From Chitinophagaceae bacterium (GTDB lineage: Bacteria; Bacteroidota; Bacteroidia; Chitinophagales; Chitinophagaceae): a stretch of DNA of 64,000 nt. How positions within the stretch are numbered: the first letter of the stretch is position 1; each line of letters opens with the position of its first letter. The DNA lies in assembly GCA_016710165.1 (NCBI GenBank), contig JADJLJ010000005.1, positions 10,937-74,936 of the forward strand, in the 5' to 3' direction. Of this stretch, positions 37,554 through 47,197 are shown one piece after another. Below the pieces are notes generated by a model that saw nothing but the letters and a program-made list of their open reading frames with translations, was not told where the DNA came from and made no database searches. A program made the position numbers and the translations under genes.

Positions 37554-38368
37554 TGGAAAAATTATTTGTCATAAAGATCGGGGGGAATGTTATTGATGAT
37601 GCAGAGGCATTGCGGTCATTCCTGATTGATTTTGCTGCTGTGGAGGGCAAAAAGATACTCGTTCATGGCGGGGGAAAGATCGCAACATCCATTGGTAAAC
37701 AACTGGGCATTGAGCCGAATTATGTAAATGGAAGACGGATAACAGATGCCGCGACCATCGACCTGGTAACCATGGTGTATGGCGGTTTGCTGAACAAGAA
37801 GATCGTGGCAGGGCTGCAACTGTTCAATTGCAATGCACTGGGCCTGACCGGGGCGGATGCCAATATCATACCAGCAACAAAAAGACCTTTTGCTAACTCC
37901 CCGCAAGCCGGCGGGGGTGGGGGCATTGATTTCGGTTTTGTGGGTGATGTTAACAGTTATCAGTTATCAGTTAGTAGTTTGCAGGTATTTCTTACTAATC
38001 ATCTGGTTCCGGTTGTGGCACCTCTGACCCATGACGGCAAGGGGCAGTTATTGAATACCAATGCAGATACCATTGCTTCGGCCTTGGCCATTGCGTTGTC
38101 GGCACATTATGATGTAAGGCTGATCTATTGTTTTGAAAAGAAAGGTGTGCTGGAGAATGTGGATGATGGGTCATCGGTGATCGGGCTGATAAATAAGGAA
38201 AGATACCAGCAATTGATTGCAGGTAAAAAACTGGCGGATGGCATTCTTCCAAAGATCGACAATGCGTTTGCTGCCATCGACAGTGGCGTAAAAGAAGTTC
38301 TGATAGGTGATGCAAATGATCTGTTGCTGAATGTTACGGAAAATGTAAAAGGAACCCTGTTCCGGTAA
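37553..38368 (+). CDS. argB: Acetylglutamate kinase
   Basis: VIKIGGN, VHGGGK, GRRITD, NTNADTIA and GILPKIDNA. Contains inserts SPQAGGGGG and SYQLSVSS. Confidence 0.95.
   Translation: MEKLFVIKIGGNVIDDAEALRSFLIDFAAVEGKKILVHGGGKIATSIGKQLGIEPNYVNGRRITDAATIDLVTMVYGGLLNKKIVAGLQLFNCNALGLTGADANIIPATKRPFANSPQAGGGGGIDFGFVGDVNSYQLSVSSLQVFLTNHLVPVVAPLTHDGKGQLLNTNADTIASALAIALSAHYDVRLIYCFEKKGVLENVDDGSSVIGLINKERYQQLIAGKKLADGILPKIDNAFAAIDSGVKEVLIGDANDLLLNVTENVKGTLFR
37897..37981 (+). repeat. In-frame G/C element (37897-37924) and CAGTTAT heptamer run (37954-37981) in argB
   Basis: CTCCCCGCAAGCCGGCGGGGGTGGGGGC; CAGTTAT-CAGTTAT-CAGTTAG-TAGTTTG. Confidence 0.75.
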
Positions 38369-39450
38369 TGGATACTGACATATTATATAATGATGCCGTG
38401 GGGTTATTGAAACAATTAATAGCCACGCCTTCTTTTTCAAAAGAGGAAGATAAGACCGCGATGATCATCGGGCAGTTTTTCAGCGACAGGAAAATCCCGG
38501 TTAACCGGCTGCTGAATAATGTGTACTGTGTAAATAAACATTTTGATCCCACGAAGCCGGCCATTTTACTCAACTCACACCACGATACGGTAAGGCCAAA
38601 CCCGCAGTATACAAGGGATCCGTTTAGCCCGGTTATTGAAGACGGGAAACTCTATGGCCTCGGCAGCAATGATGCCGGGGGATGCCTGGTAAGCCTTATT
38701 GCTGCGTTTCTTTTTTTCTACAATAAAGAGAATTTGAAATATAACCTTGTTATAGCAGCGACTGCTGAAGAGGAAATAAGCGGCACAAATGGGATAGAAA
38801 AGTTGCTGGCTTTAGCGGAGTCCGTTTCCCCATTCAGGGAGTTGGGTGGCGCCCTTGTGGGTGAACCCACGCAAACCAATTTAGCCATTGCTGAAAAAGG
38901 GTTGCTGGTATTGGATTGCGTTGCAAACGGTAAAGCAGGACATGCTGCAAGAGAAGAAGGAGTGAATGCCATTTACAAAGCCATGCCTGGTATTGAATGG
39001 TTCAGAACATATCAATTCCCGAAACTATCTGAAAGCCTGGGCCCGGTGAAAATGTCTGTAACCTCCATCAATACGGAGAACAAGGCACACAACATGGTGC
39101 CGGCCATCTGTAGCTTTGTGGTAGATATCCGGGTTACAGATGAATATACGCATGAAGAGATACTGGAAACAATAAAGCATCATGTGAAATGTGAAGTGCA
39201 GCCAAGGAGCATGCGGTTGCGTTCATCCAAAATAGCTGTTGATCACCCCTTGGTAAAGGCTGGCATTATGCTGGGAAAGCAGATCTATGGTTCACCAACC
39301 ACTTCCGATGCAGCCTTGATCCATGCGCCCGTTTTAAAGTGCGGCCCTGGCGATAGCGCAAGAAGTCATGCAGCAGACGAATTCATTTACCTGGAAGAAA
39401 TTAAGGAAGGTATTGAAACGTACATCAACATACTTCAACAAATAATGTAG
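38368..39450 (+). CDS. argE: M20 family acyl-citrulline/acetylornithine deacylase
   Basis: LNSHHDTV, GLGSNDAGG, AEEE, VGEPT and RSHAADE. Confidence 0.9.
   Translation: MDTDILYNDAVGLLKQLIATPSFSKEEDKTAMIIGQFFSDRKIPVNRLLNNVYCVNKHFDPTKPAILLNSHHDTVRPNPQYTRDPFSPVIEDGKLYGLGSNDAGGCLVSLIAAFLFFYNKENLKYNLVIAATAEEEISGTNGIEKLLALAESVSPFRELGGALVGEPTQTNLAIAEKGLLVLDCVANGKAGHAAREEGVNAIYKAMPGIEWFRTYQFPKLSESLGPVKMSVTSINTENKAHNMVPAICSFVVDIRVTDEYTHEEILETIKHHVKCEVQPRSMRLRSSKIAVDHPLVKAGIMLGKQIYGSPTTSDAALIHAPVLKCGPGDSARSHAADEFIYLEEIKEGIETYINILQQIM
38827..38850 (+). repeat. Degenerate CCCC...GGG element, in frame in argE (SPFRELGG)
   Basis: TCCCCATTCAGGGAGTTGGGTGGC. Confidence 0.5.
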
Positions 39451-39475
39451 ATCATTCACCATAAATAAAAATGAA

Positions 39476-40852
39476 ATGGTAAACTCAGAAAGCGCTGGCT
39501 CCCCTTTAGGGGATGGGGGTATGAAACTCTGGCAAAAAGAAAAAGCATCATTGAAGGAAGTGGAGCAGTTCACTGTTGGCAATGACAGGGAACTGGATAT
39601 CTATCTTGCCCCCTTTGATGTATTGGGTTCCCTGGCACATATCAAAATGCTGGAGTCGGTTGGGTTGTTATCAGAAGATGAGTTGCAGTCATTGGAAAAA
39701 GCGCTGAAAGAGATCTATGCACAAATAACAAGCGGCCGTTTTAAACTGGATGAAGGGGTGGAGGATATTCATTCGCAGGTGGAGTTGATGCTTACGCAGA
39801 AACTGGGCGATGTTGGAAAGAAGATCCACAGCGCCCGGAGCAGGAACGACCAGGTATTGGTTGATCTGAAACTATATATGCGTGGTGAGATCGAAAAACT
39901 GGTTGTATCAACAAAAGGGTTATTCGATCTGCTGATTGCCCAAAGCGAAGAATACAAAGACGATCTGCTGCCCGGTTATACACACCTGCAGCTGGCCATG
40001 CCTTCTTCTTTCGGTTTATGGTTTGGAGCCTATGCCGAAAGCCTGGCAGATGATATGCTCACCCTGGAAGCGGCTTACCGGGTGGTAAATAAAAATCCAT
40101 TGGGTTCGGCGGCCGGTTACGGTTCATCATTTCCCATCAACCGGCAAATGACAACGGACCTGCTGGGTTTTGATGCCCTGAACTATAACGTGGTGTATGC
40201 GCAGATGGGCAGGGGCAAAACAGAACGTATCGTTGCATCGGCTTTGGCAAATATAGCAGCCACCCTTTCCAGGCTGAGCATGGATGCCTGCCTCTATCTC
40301 AACCAGAATTTTGCCTTTATCTCTTTCCCCGAAGAGCTGACCACGGGCAGCAGCATCATGCCCCATAAAAAAAATCCGGATGTATTTGAACTCATCCGCT
40401 CTCATTGCAACCGCATCCAGGCATTGCCTAATGAAATTATGCTGATGACCACCAACCTGCCGTCGGGTTATCACCGTGACCTGCAGCTGATAAAGGAACA
40501 CATTATCCCTGCTTTTGAAAATTTGCAGCACTGCCTGCAAATGACCCACTTGATGCTGGCAAACATCCAGGTTAAAAAAGACATTCTTAAAGACGAAAAG
40601 TACGCACTGCTTTTCAGCGTGGAAGAGGTAAATAAGCTCGTGCTGCAGGGAATCCCTTTCCGGGATGCATATAAAAAAGTGGCAGCGGATATTGAACAGG
40701 GGAAATTCAGTCCCACACAGACTTTGCAGCAAACACACGCCGGTTCAGCCGGTAATCTCTGCAATGATGCGATCCGGCAAATGATGGATGATATTATCCA
40801 AAAGTTCAATTTTACTAAAGTGAAAATTGCGTTGCAACAATTATTAAGTTAG
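39476..40852 (+). CDS. argH: Argininosuccinate lyase (alternative start 39521)
   Basis: HSARSRNDQV, LPGYTHLQ, PLGSAAGYG and TGSSIMPHKKNPD. Confidence 0.96.
   Translation: MVNSESAGSPLGDGGMKLWQKEKASLKEVEQFTVGNDRELDIYLAPFDVLGSLAHIKMLESVGLLSEDELQSLEKALKEIYAQITSGRFKLDEGVEDIHSQVELMLTQKLGDVGKKIHSARSRNDQVLVDLKLYMRGEIEKLVVSTKGLFDLLIAQSEEYKDDLLPGYTHLQLAMPSSFGLWFGAYAESLADDMLTLEAAYRVVNKNPLGSAAGYGSSFPINRQMTTDLLGFDALNYNVVYAQMGRGKTERIVASALANIAATLSRLSMDACLYLNQNFAFISFPEELTTGSSIMPHKKNPDVFELIRSHCNRIQALPNEIMLMTTNLPSGYHRDLQLIKEHIIPAFENLQHCLQMTHLMLANIQVKKDILKDEKYALLFSVEEVNKLVLQGIPFRDAYKKVAADIEQGKFSPTQTLQQTHAGSAGNLCNDAIRQMMDDIIQKFNFTKVKIALQQLLS
39499..39520 (+). repeat. CCCC...GGGGATGGGGGT element immediately before the canonical argH start (MKLWQK at 39521)
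   Basis: CTCCCCTTTAGGGGATGGGGGT; in frame as SPLGDGG if translation starts at 39476. Confidence 0.75.
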
Positions 40853-40879
40853 ATTTGTCGCTACAACTGTATTCTGGTA

Positions 40880-42049
40880 ATGACTGATCAGGCTTCTAAA
40901 AAGCGAATTGCGATTTTTGGCTCCACAGGTTCTATAGGCACCCAGGCGCTGGATGTTATCCGTGCCAATCCTTCCTTGTTTGAGGTGGAGATCCTTACAG
41001 CCCAGACCAATGATGAATTACTGATCACCCAGGCCATGGAATTCAGGCCCAATGCGGTGGTCATTGGCGACCATACCCGGTATGAAAAGGTCAGGACAGC
41101 GCTTTCTTCCACCGACATCAAAGTGTTTGCCGGAGAATCTGCCCTGGAAGAAGTGGCCGATTTTGATACCTATGATATGATGCTGGCAGGCATTGTTGGT
41201 TTTGCCGGCCTTAAACCCACATTAAAGGCGGTGGAAAAAGGAAAGGCTGTGGCCCTTGCCAATAAGGAGACCCTGGTGGTGGCGGGCGATATCGTGATGC
41301 AGACAGCCATAGACAAAAGGGTTCCTATCATCCCGGTAGACAGTGAGCATTCTGCCATTTTCCAATGCCTGGTCGGTGAGATGAGAAATCCCATCGAGAA
41401 GATCATCCTTACCGCAAGCGGGGGCCCTTTCCTCGGAAAGAAACCGAACTTCCTGGTGAATGTAAAGAGAGAGCATGCACTTCAGCATCCCAACTGGAGC
41501 ATGGGTGCCAAGATATCGATCGATTCAGCCACCCTGATGAACAAGGGCCTGGAGATGATCGAAGCCAAATGGCTTTTCAACCTGCGGCCCGACCAGATAC
41601 AGGTAGTGATCCATCCGCAAAGCATCATACACAGCATGGTTCAGTTTGAAGACGGGAGTATAAAAGCACAAATGGGATTGCCCGATATGAAACTGCCCAT
41701 TCAGTATGCCATGGCATTCCCGGGCAGGGTAAAGAACGACCTTCCCCGTTTCAGCTTCCGCCGCTATCCTTCGCTCACTTTTGAAGAACCGGATGTTAAA
41801 ACTTTCAGAAATTTACTGCTGGCAACCGAAGCGCTTAACCAGGGAGGAAATATGCCCTGCGTGCTGAATGCAGCCAATGAAATAGCCGTTTGGGCCTTTC
41901 TCCGTAACCGCATTGGCTTTCTAGACATGACAGCCATGGTGGAAAAGACCATGCAAAAAATATCTTTCATCGAAAAACCAACCCTGCAACAATATTTTGA
42001 CAGCGACGGTGAAGCCCGTAATTTTGCGGCTTCGCTGATAAACCTGTAA
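40880..42049 (+). CDS. dxr: 1-deoxy-D-xylulose-5-phosphate reductoisomerase
   Basis: GSTGSIG, ALANKETLV, PVDSEHSA, HPNWSMGAKISIDSAT and NAANE. Confidence 0.97.
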   Translation: MTDQASKKRIAIFGSTGSIGTQALDVIRANPSLFEVEILTAQTNDELLITQAMEFRPNAVVIGDHTRYEKVRTALSSTDIKVFAGESALEEVADFDTYDMMLAGIVGFAGLKPTLKAVEKGKAVALANKETLVVAGDIVMQTAIDKRVPIIPVDSEHSAIFQCLVGEMRNPIEKIILTASGGPFLGKKPNFLVNVKREHALQHPNWSMGAKISIDSATLMNKGLEMIEAKWLFNLRPDQIQVVIHPQSIIHSMVQFEDGSIKAQMGLPDMKLPIQYAMAFPGRVKNDLPRFSFRRYPSLTFEEPDVKTFRNLLLATEALNQGGNMPCVLNAANEIAVWAFLRNRIGFLDMTAMVEKTMQKISFIEKPTLQQYFDSDGEARNFAASLINL

Positions 42050-42129
42050 ACGGGATCATGAGACCGCTTTTGTACCGGGCGAAGCCGGAGTTTTTTTCAG
42101 CAACAATAAACATTAATACAAATCTTTAA

Positions 42130-43515
42130 ATGGAATTATTAGCAATAAACTGGAGCAGTGTGGGGCTTAAAGTAGCGCAATTGATCCTGTCCCTGTCGAT
42201 CCTTGTCATTCTCCACGAATTCGGGCATTACATTACCGCCAGGTGGTTCAAGTGCCGGGTGGAAAAATTCTATCTTTTTTTTGATCCCTGGTTTTCCATT
42301 GTAAAGAAAAAGATCGGCGATACCGTTTATGGCATTGGCTGGCTTCCGCTGGGAGGTTATGTGAAAATTGCCGGTATGGTTGATGAAAGCATGGATAAGG
42401 AAGCGCTCAAACTGCCCCCGCAGTCGTGGGAATTCAGGAGCAAACCGGCCTGGCAGCGTTTGATCATCATGCTGGGCGGCGTTACGGTAAATGTGTTACT
42501 GGCTTTTGTGATCTATGCCGGGATATTGATGGTTTGGGGTGAAGATAAAATGCCGAACCAGTCGGTAAAGAACGGTGTGTGGGTCACCGATTCACTGATG
42601 TATGAGATCGGGTTACGGGACGGTGATAAGATAATGGCGGTGAATAATGACAGCATCGGATATTTTGAAGACATTCCTAAACGGATACTGTTCAGCGGCG
42701 GCGGGCATATAAATGTGGTACGGAACAACAAGGATACCAGTATCGAGATACCAAGAAGTCTTATCGGGCAGTTGGTGGAGAAGAAAAAATCCAGGGGCCG
42801 GTTGTTTTTTCCAAGGATCCCGGCAATCATAGGTGACTTTGACAAAGCGGATACTTCCAATGCAAAGAAGGCCGGTCTTCAATATTGGGATAAGATAGTA
42901 AAAGTGGATTCCACGCCGGTATACTTCCTGGATGAAGCTGCCGCCTATTTTGGTACAAAGAAGAACCAGAAAGTAATGCTCACGGTCATAAGGAACGGAA
43001 CGGAGATGAGCCTGCCTGTGCAACTGGATGAAGACGGTAAAATGAATCCTACCATACTGAATAACCGGCAATATGATAGTTTGGGTGTACTGAAAATTGA
43101 ACACACCGATTATGGGTTCTTTACGGCATTCCCGGCAGGGTTTAATTTAGCTGTTACCTCTTTGAAGGATTATATTGACCAGTTCAAGCTCATACTTTCT
43201 CCCAGCACCGGCGGCTATAAAGCAGTCGGAGGTTTTAAAGCGATGGGCTCCGTCTTCTCGGGCAGCGAATGGGACTGGCGGCATTTCTGGAATATAACCG
43301 CATTCTTCTCTATTGTGCTGGCTTTTATGAACCTGTTACCGATACCGGCATTGGATGGCGGCCATGTCCTGTTCACATTGGGTGAAATGATCACGGGCCG
43401 GAAGCCCAGCGAAAAATTCCTGGAGTATGCACAGATCGCCGGCATGGTTGTTTTACTGGCGCTGATGCTTTATGCCAATGGCAATGACTGGTTTGGATGG
43501 GGAAGGGGGAAGTAA
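42130..43515 (+). CDS. rseP: RIP metalloprotease RseP
   Basis: HEFGH, LPLGGYVKIAG, PDZ region and NLLPIPALDGG. Confidence 0.95.
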   Translation: MELLAINWSSVGLKVAQLILSLSILVILHEFGHYITARWFKCRVEKFYLFFDPWFSIVKKKIGDTVYGIGWLPLGGYVKIAGMVDESMDKEALKLPPQSWEFRSKPAWQRLIIMLGGVTVNVLLAFVIYAGILMVWGEDKMPNQSVKNGVWVTDSLMYEIGLRDGDKIMAVNNDSIGYFEDIPKRILFSGGGHINVVRNNKDTSIEIPRSLIGQLVEKKKSRGRLFFPRIPAIIGDFDKADTSNAKKAGLQYWDKIVKVDSTPVYFLDEAAAYFGTKKNQKVMLTVIRNGTEMSLPVQLDEDGKMNPTILNNRQYDSLGVLKIEHTDYGFFTAFPAGFNLAVTSLKDYIDQFKLILSPSTGGYKAVGGFKAMGSVFSGSEWDWRHFWNITAFFSIVLAFMNLLPIPALDGGHVLFTLGEMITGRKPSEKFLEYAQIAGMVVLLALMLYANGNDWFGWGRGK

Positions 43516-43518
43516 TGA

Positions 43519-43718
43519 TCGTTTAAATCGTTTAAATCGTTTAAATCGTTTAAATCGTTTGAGTCGTTGAAGTCGTTTCATGCAGGATGCTCCAACCTTT
43601 TTAAACCCTGCAACCTTTTTAAACCCTGCAACGATTTCAACCCTGCAACGATTTAAACCCTGCAACGATTTCAACCCTGCAACGATTTAAACCCTGCAAC
43701 GATTTCAACCCTGCAACG
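43519..43718. repeat. Composite tandem array: 7 x 9-mer TCGTTTAAA, then 2 x 18-mer and 5 x 17-mer CAACGATTT(C/A)AACCCTG in inverted register
   Basis: 9-mers at 43519-43581; 18-mers at 43593-43628; 17-mers at 43629-43713 alternate C/A. Confidence 0.93.
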
Positions 43719-45509
43719 TCATAATTCGATCCCGATCTTCTTCATCAGGATGGAGGCATTCAGGCTGGTGCAGATGCCTTCCTTCAGCCGGTAATCAAAA
43801 TAAAGTTCATCCTTGTTTACCTGCACATCAAAATGATGGTTCAGGATATTGGAAGGAAATTCTGTTTTCATTTTTGCCAGTTCCACATCATGCGTGGCAA
43901 TGATCCCCGATGCATTCTTTTTTATGAGTTGTTTAATAAGGGCCACCGATCCGGTATGCCGGTCCAGCGAATTGGTACCCCGTAAGATCTCATCCAGTAA
44001 GATGAATACCTTTTCGTTGTTGTTTACTTTGTCAATGATCGTCTTTAGTTTTTTCAGTTCCGCGTAAAAGGTGGAAGTGCTTTCTTCCAGGTTATCGGCG
44101 ATCCGCATGCTGCTGATGATCTGCACCGGGGATAAGCAAAAGTACCCGGCACAGACCGGTGCCCCCGCCATGGCCAGGATGGTATTGATGCCAATGCTGC
44201 GCAGGTAGGTACTCTTGCCGGCCATATTACTTCCGGTGACCAGCATCAATTCTCCGGCCTTATCAATTTTAACGGGATTATTCACCCGCTTTTCAACAGG
44301 TATCAGGGGATGGCCAACATGCTTTCCTTCCATAAAGAAATATTGTTCCGCAAAGACAGGAAAACACCAATCCGGGTGATTGAAAGATAAAGTGGCCAGG
44401 CTGCTGATCGCTTCAAAACTGCCCAACGCCTCAAACCAGTGCATCACATTTTCCTTGTTCTGCTGTTTCCATTTTTCCAGGGCGATCACCTGCTGCAGGT
44501 CCCACTGCAACAGAATATCCAGCGGAATGAAAACCAGGAAATTAAAACGCAGGTCAAGCCGCTCCAGAATTTTCTTAAGCCGGTTAAGCTTTGCGGATGC
44601 TTTTTCATCCTGGTGACCAAACGGCGACTGTAAGGTTTGTAAAAATTCAGCGGTGAATTTTGTTTGTTCGATCAGCCGGATGCTGTCTTCCAGCACTTCC
44701 AGTTCATCTGCCATTTTGGATACCTGCTGGTGAAGCGGGGTTACTTTTTTACTGAGATAAAGGGCAAACAACGCCGATAACAGCAGGAAATAATTCCGCA
44801 GGTGATCGTCCACCACACCGGCAATGTTTAAAACCACCACGGTGATAATAAGGGCCGGCAGCAGGAACCTCAGCCATAGCCATATTTTATTATTGATGAA
44901 CCGGTCTCCTTCCCTGAACCATTCCAGCAACCGGGTTTGTGTGGCAGTTTGTATCTTTTTTGCTGCGCCGAGGGCCTGTAATTTTTGTCTCCATGCTGTA
45001 TGTGCAGCCAGTTCTTTCACAGCAGCCTGTCTTTGCAATATGGTTTGCTCATCCGATGGTTGTAAAAGCCAGTTTGCCAGTGTGCTGCTGCCCATATCAG
45101 AAGAGGTCCGGTTCAGGTATTGATAAAGCGACGCATGGCCAAGAATATCCAGGTCGTTGGCATATGCATGTTCTTTGGGTATGAATTCATGGCCGTCTCC
45201 AAACCGGTAGTAATCGTGATCAAGTGCTTTTAATTCTTTCTCATTGATGGCGACCAGGAACCTGGTATGCTCAATGGCCGATCTGTTTTCCAGGTCTGCA
45301 AAGACCAGCCGGGTAAAAAGCGTGAGTAAAAGCAGGGCGGCAACTGCCACATAGGGCCACCCGGAGGGGACCAGGAAATAAACGGAAAAGGCCAGAGCAA
45401 TGATCGTTGCAAAACGAAGCCAGGCAAATAACGATCTTTTATTGAGCAATGTGTTCAGATCTGTTCTCAGCTTTTCGGTCTGTTGTATATAAAAGGTTTC
45501 CGGCTGCAT
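43719..45509 (-). CDS. MutS-related ATPase (membrane-anchored, domain V only)
   Basis: TM segments; TGSNMAGKSTYLR, SSMRIADNL..STFYAEL, LDEILRGTNS and ATHD. Confidence 0.9.
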   Translation of the reverse strand: MQPETFYIQQTEKLRTDLNTLLNKRSLFAWLRFATIIALAFSVYFLVPSGWPYVAVAALLLLTLFTRLVFADLENRSAIEHTRFLVAINEKELKALDHDYYRFGDGHEFIPKEHAYANDLDILGHASLYQYLNRTSSDMGSSTLANWLLQPSDEQTILQRQAAVKELAAHTAWRQKLQALGAAKKIQTATQTRLLEWFREGDRFINNKIWLWLRFLLPALIITVVVLNIAGVVDDHLRNYFLLLSALFALYLSKKVTPLHQQVSKMADELEVLEDSIRLIEQTKFTAEFLQTLQSPFGHQDEKASAKLNRLKKILERLDLRFNFLVFIPLDILLQWDLQQVIALEKWKQQNKENVMHWFEALGSFEAISSLATLSFNHPDWCFPVFAEQYFFMEGKHVGHPLIPVEKRVNNPVKIDKAGELMLVTGSNMAGKSTYLRSIGINTILAMAGAPVCAGYFCLSPVQIISSMRIADNLEESTSTFYAELKKLKTIIDKVNNNEKVFILLDEILRGTNSLDRHTGSVALIKQLIKKNASGIIATHDVELAKMKTEFPSNILNHHFDVQVNKDELYFDYRLKEGICTSLNASILMKKIGIEL

Positions 45510-45583
45510 TTTTATGATTTGTTAAATGAAGGTATTACAAATTGGTTTCACGCTGCGATCAACGGTCTTCGGGATTCTTTTCG

Positions 45584-45591
45584 TAATTTTG
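45584..45591 (+). promoter_or_regulatory. -7 promoter element (TAATTTTG) upstream of the duplicated tmRNA 5' end
   Basis: TAnnTTTG match; no equivalent seen directly before the intact copy at 45761. Confidence 0.5.
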
Positions 45592-45609
45592 TATTGTTTG
45601 GTAATTCCC

Positions 45610-45677
45610 GGGGCTGACCTCCCGATAGCTATCGGGATTGACAGCATAGTTCTTTTTATCCCGATGAATACCGGGAT
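45610..45677 (+). repeat. Duplicated, interrupted tmRNA 5' end carrying two CCCGAT...CGGGA palindromes
   Basis: GGGGCTGACC[TCCCGATAGCTATCGGGA]TTGACAGCATAGTTCTTTT versus the intact GGGGCTGACC-GGTT-TTGACAGCATAGTTCTTTT. Followed by ATCCCGATGAATACCGGGAT (45658-45677). Confidence 0.85.
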
Positions 45678-45760
45678 TACATATGATCGGAAATGCTGAA
45701 ATTCCTGCCAGGTTGATAACCTTGTATGAAAAAAAGATAAGTTGATTAAACTATATATCC

Positions 45761-46132
45761 GGGGCTGACCGGTTTTGACAGCATAGTTCTTTTGTAAGTG
45801 TAAGCATGTAGTGCGTTGCGTAATTAGCACTTTAATATGAATACGAAAACTTTAAATGGCAATACTTCGTATGCCATGGCTGCTTAATCGATAGATTAAC
45901 ATCCATATGGGCCGCCGAACAGGTCAGTTCTGTTACCATGTTCCGCCGCCGACTCAAAAACAAAACGGAATGCTGCAGTGGAATGATGTGACTATTGCTT
46001 AAGACCATTCATCTAAGGACAGGGTTGGTTGGTTAGGTTCCTGCTTTGTCCCGACAATCAATAACTAAATAAACATGTAGAAAGCTTACGGCGGATATGT
46101 TTGGACCAGGGTTCGATTCCTGCAGCTCCACC
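45761..46132 (+). ncRNA. ssrA: tmRNA
   Basis: Acceptor stem GGGGCTG/CAGCTCC with a G-U wobble; TTCGATT T-loop; tag frame GNTSYAMAA* at 45858-45887. Confidence 0.93.
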
Positions 46133-46136
46133 TGGC

Positions 46137-46173
46137 GGGACAACTCTGTATTTTTGAAGAGTTGTCCCTTTTT
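46137..46173 (+). terminator. Intrinsic terminator after ssrA
   Basis: GGGACAACTCT...AGAGTTGTCCC followed by a T-tract. Confidence 0.85.
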
Positions 46174-46209
46174 ATTTACTCCGGATCATGCGTTATTCAT
46201 ACGCTCATT

Positions 46210-47142
46210 ATGTCAAAGATCATTACCATAACGTTCAGTCCCTGTATTGATAAAAGCACGACCGTGCCGGCTTTGATCCCTGAAAAAAAATTAAAATGCA
46301 CTGCCCCTAAACTGGAGCCGGGAGGCGGGGGGATCAATGTGGCAAGGGCTATTAAAAAACTGGGGGGAGAAGCCATTGCCATATTTCCTTCGGGTGGCTA
46401 TACCGGGAAATTCTTTAACCACCTGCTGGAAAAGGAAAAAGTACCATCGGTGATCATTGAATCGGCCAATGAAACCAGGGAGAATATCATTGTGCTGGAT
46501 GACTCCACCAATGACCAGTATCGTTTTGGCATGCCGGGTACTGAATTAACCGGACAGGAATGTAAAAAATGCCTGCAGGCCGTGGAAGAAATGAGTGATG
46601 TTGAATTTATCATTGCAAGCGGTAGCTTACCACCGGGAGTTCCGTTAAATATCTATGCTCAGTTGGCAAGGATCGCCAAAAGCAGGAAGGCAAAATTCAT
46701 AGTGGATACTTCCGGTGAGCCATTGAAATATGCAGCGGATGAAGGGGTTTACCTGCTCAAACCAAATCTCGGGGAATTGAGTTCCCTGGTGGGTAAAAAC
46801 GAATTGAAGCCTGGTGAGATCCGGGATATTGCCCGGGAGATCATTGCCAAAGGGAATTGCACGGTGATGGTGATCTCCATGGGGGCAGCAGGTGCGATGC
46901 TTGTTACCCATGAACAGGCAGAGGTATTCACACCTCCGCCGGTGATGAGGAAAAGCACCGTGGGAGCAGGGGACAGCATGGTGGCCGGGATCGTTCATTA
47001 CCTGTCGCAGGGGAAAACGCTCAGCGAAGCCGTGCAATATGGTGTTGCCTGCGGTACCGCGGCCACACTGAATCCCGGAACGGAACTGTGCAAAAAAGAA
47101 GATGCAGACCGTTTATATGACCAGGTGAAAAAAGTTTTATGA
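46210..47142 (+). CDS. PfkB/1-phosphofructokinase-family hexose kinase
   Basis: PGGGGINVARA, SGSLPPG, LKPNLGEL and STVGAGDSMVAG. Confidence 0.92.
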   Translation: MSKIITITFSPCIDKSTTVPALIPEKKLKCTAPKLEPGGGGINVARAIKKLGGEAIAIFPSGGYTGKFFNHLLEKEKVPSVIIESANETRENIIVLDDSTNDQYRFGMPGTELTGQECKKCLQAVEEMSDVEFIIASGSLPPGVPLNIYAQLARIAKSRKAKFIVDTSGEPLKYAADEGVYLLKPNLGELSSLVGKNELKPGEIRDIAREIIAKGNCTVMVISMGAAGAMLVTHEQAEVFTPPPVMRKSTVGAGDSMVAGIVHYLSQGKTLSEAVQYGVACGTAATLNPGTELCKKEDADRLYDQVKKVL

Positions 47143-47197
47143 CCCAGGCTGGTATCGGAAAACTGTTATCATATCTCCTTATGAATCTGCCAGAAGG

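Noticed and set aside
43519-43718. CRISPR array or small protein (ORF 43453-43674)
   Set aside because: These are spacerless 9/17/18-mers; the ORF is just the repeat translated (KRFKRFKRF).
46107-46122. Non-canonical 4-bp T-arm in tmRNA
   Set aside because: Adding one C to the CC run restores a standard 5-bp stem; this matches the other homopolymer losses.
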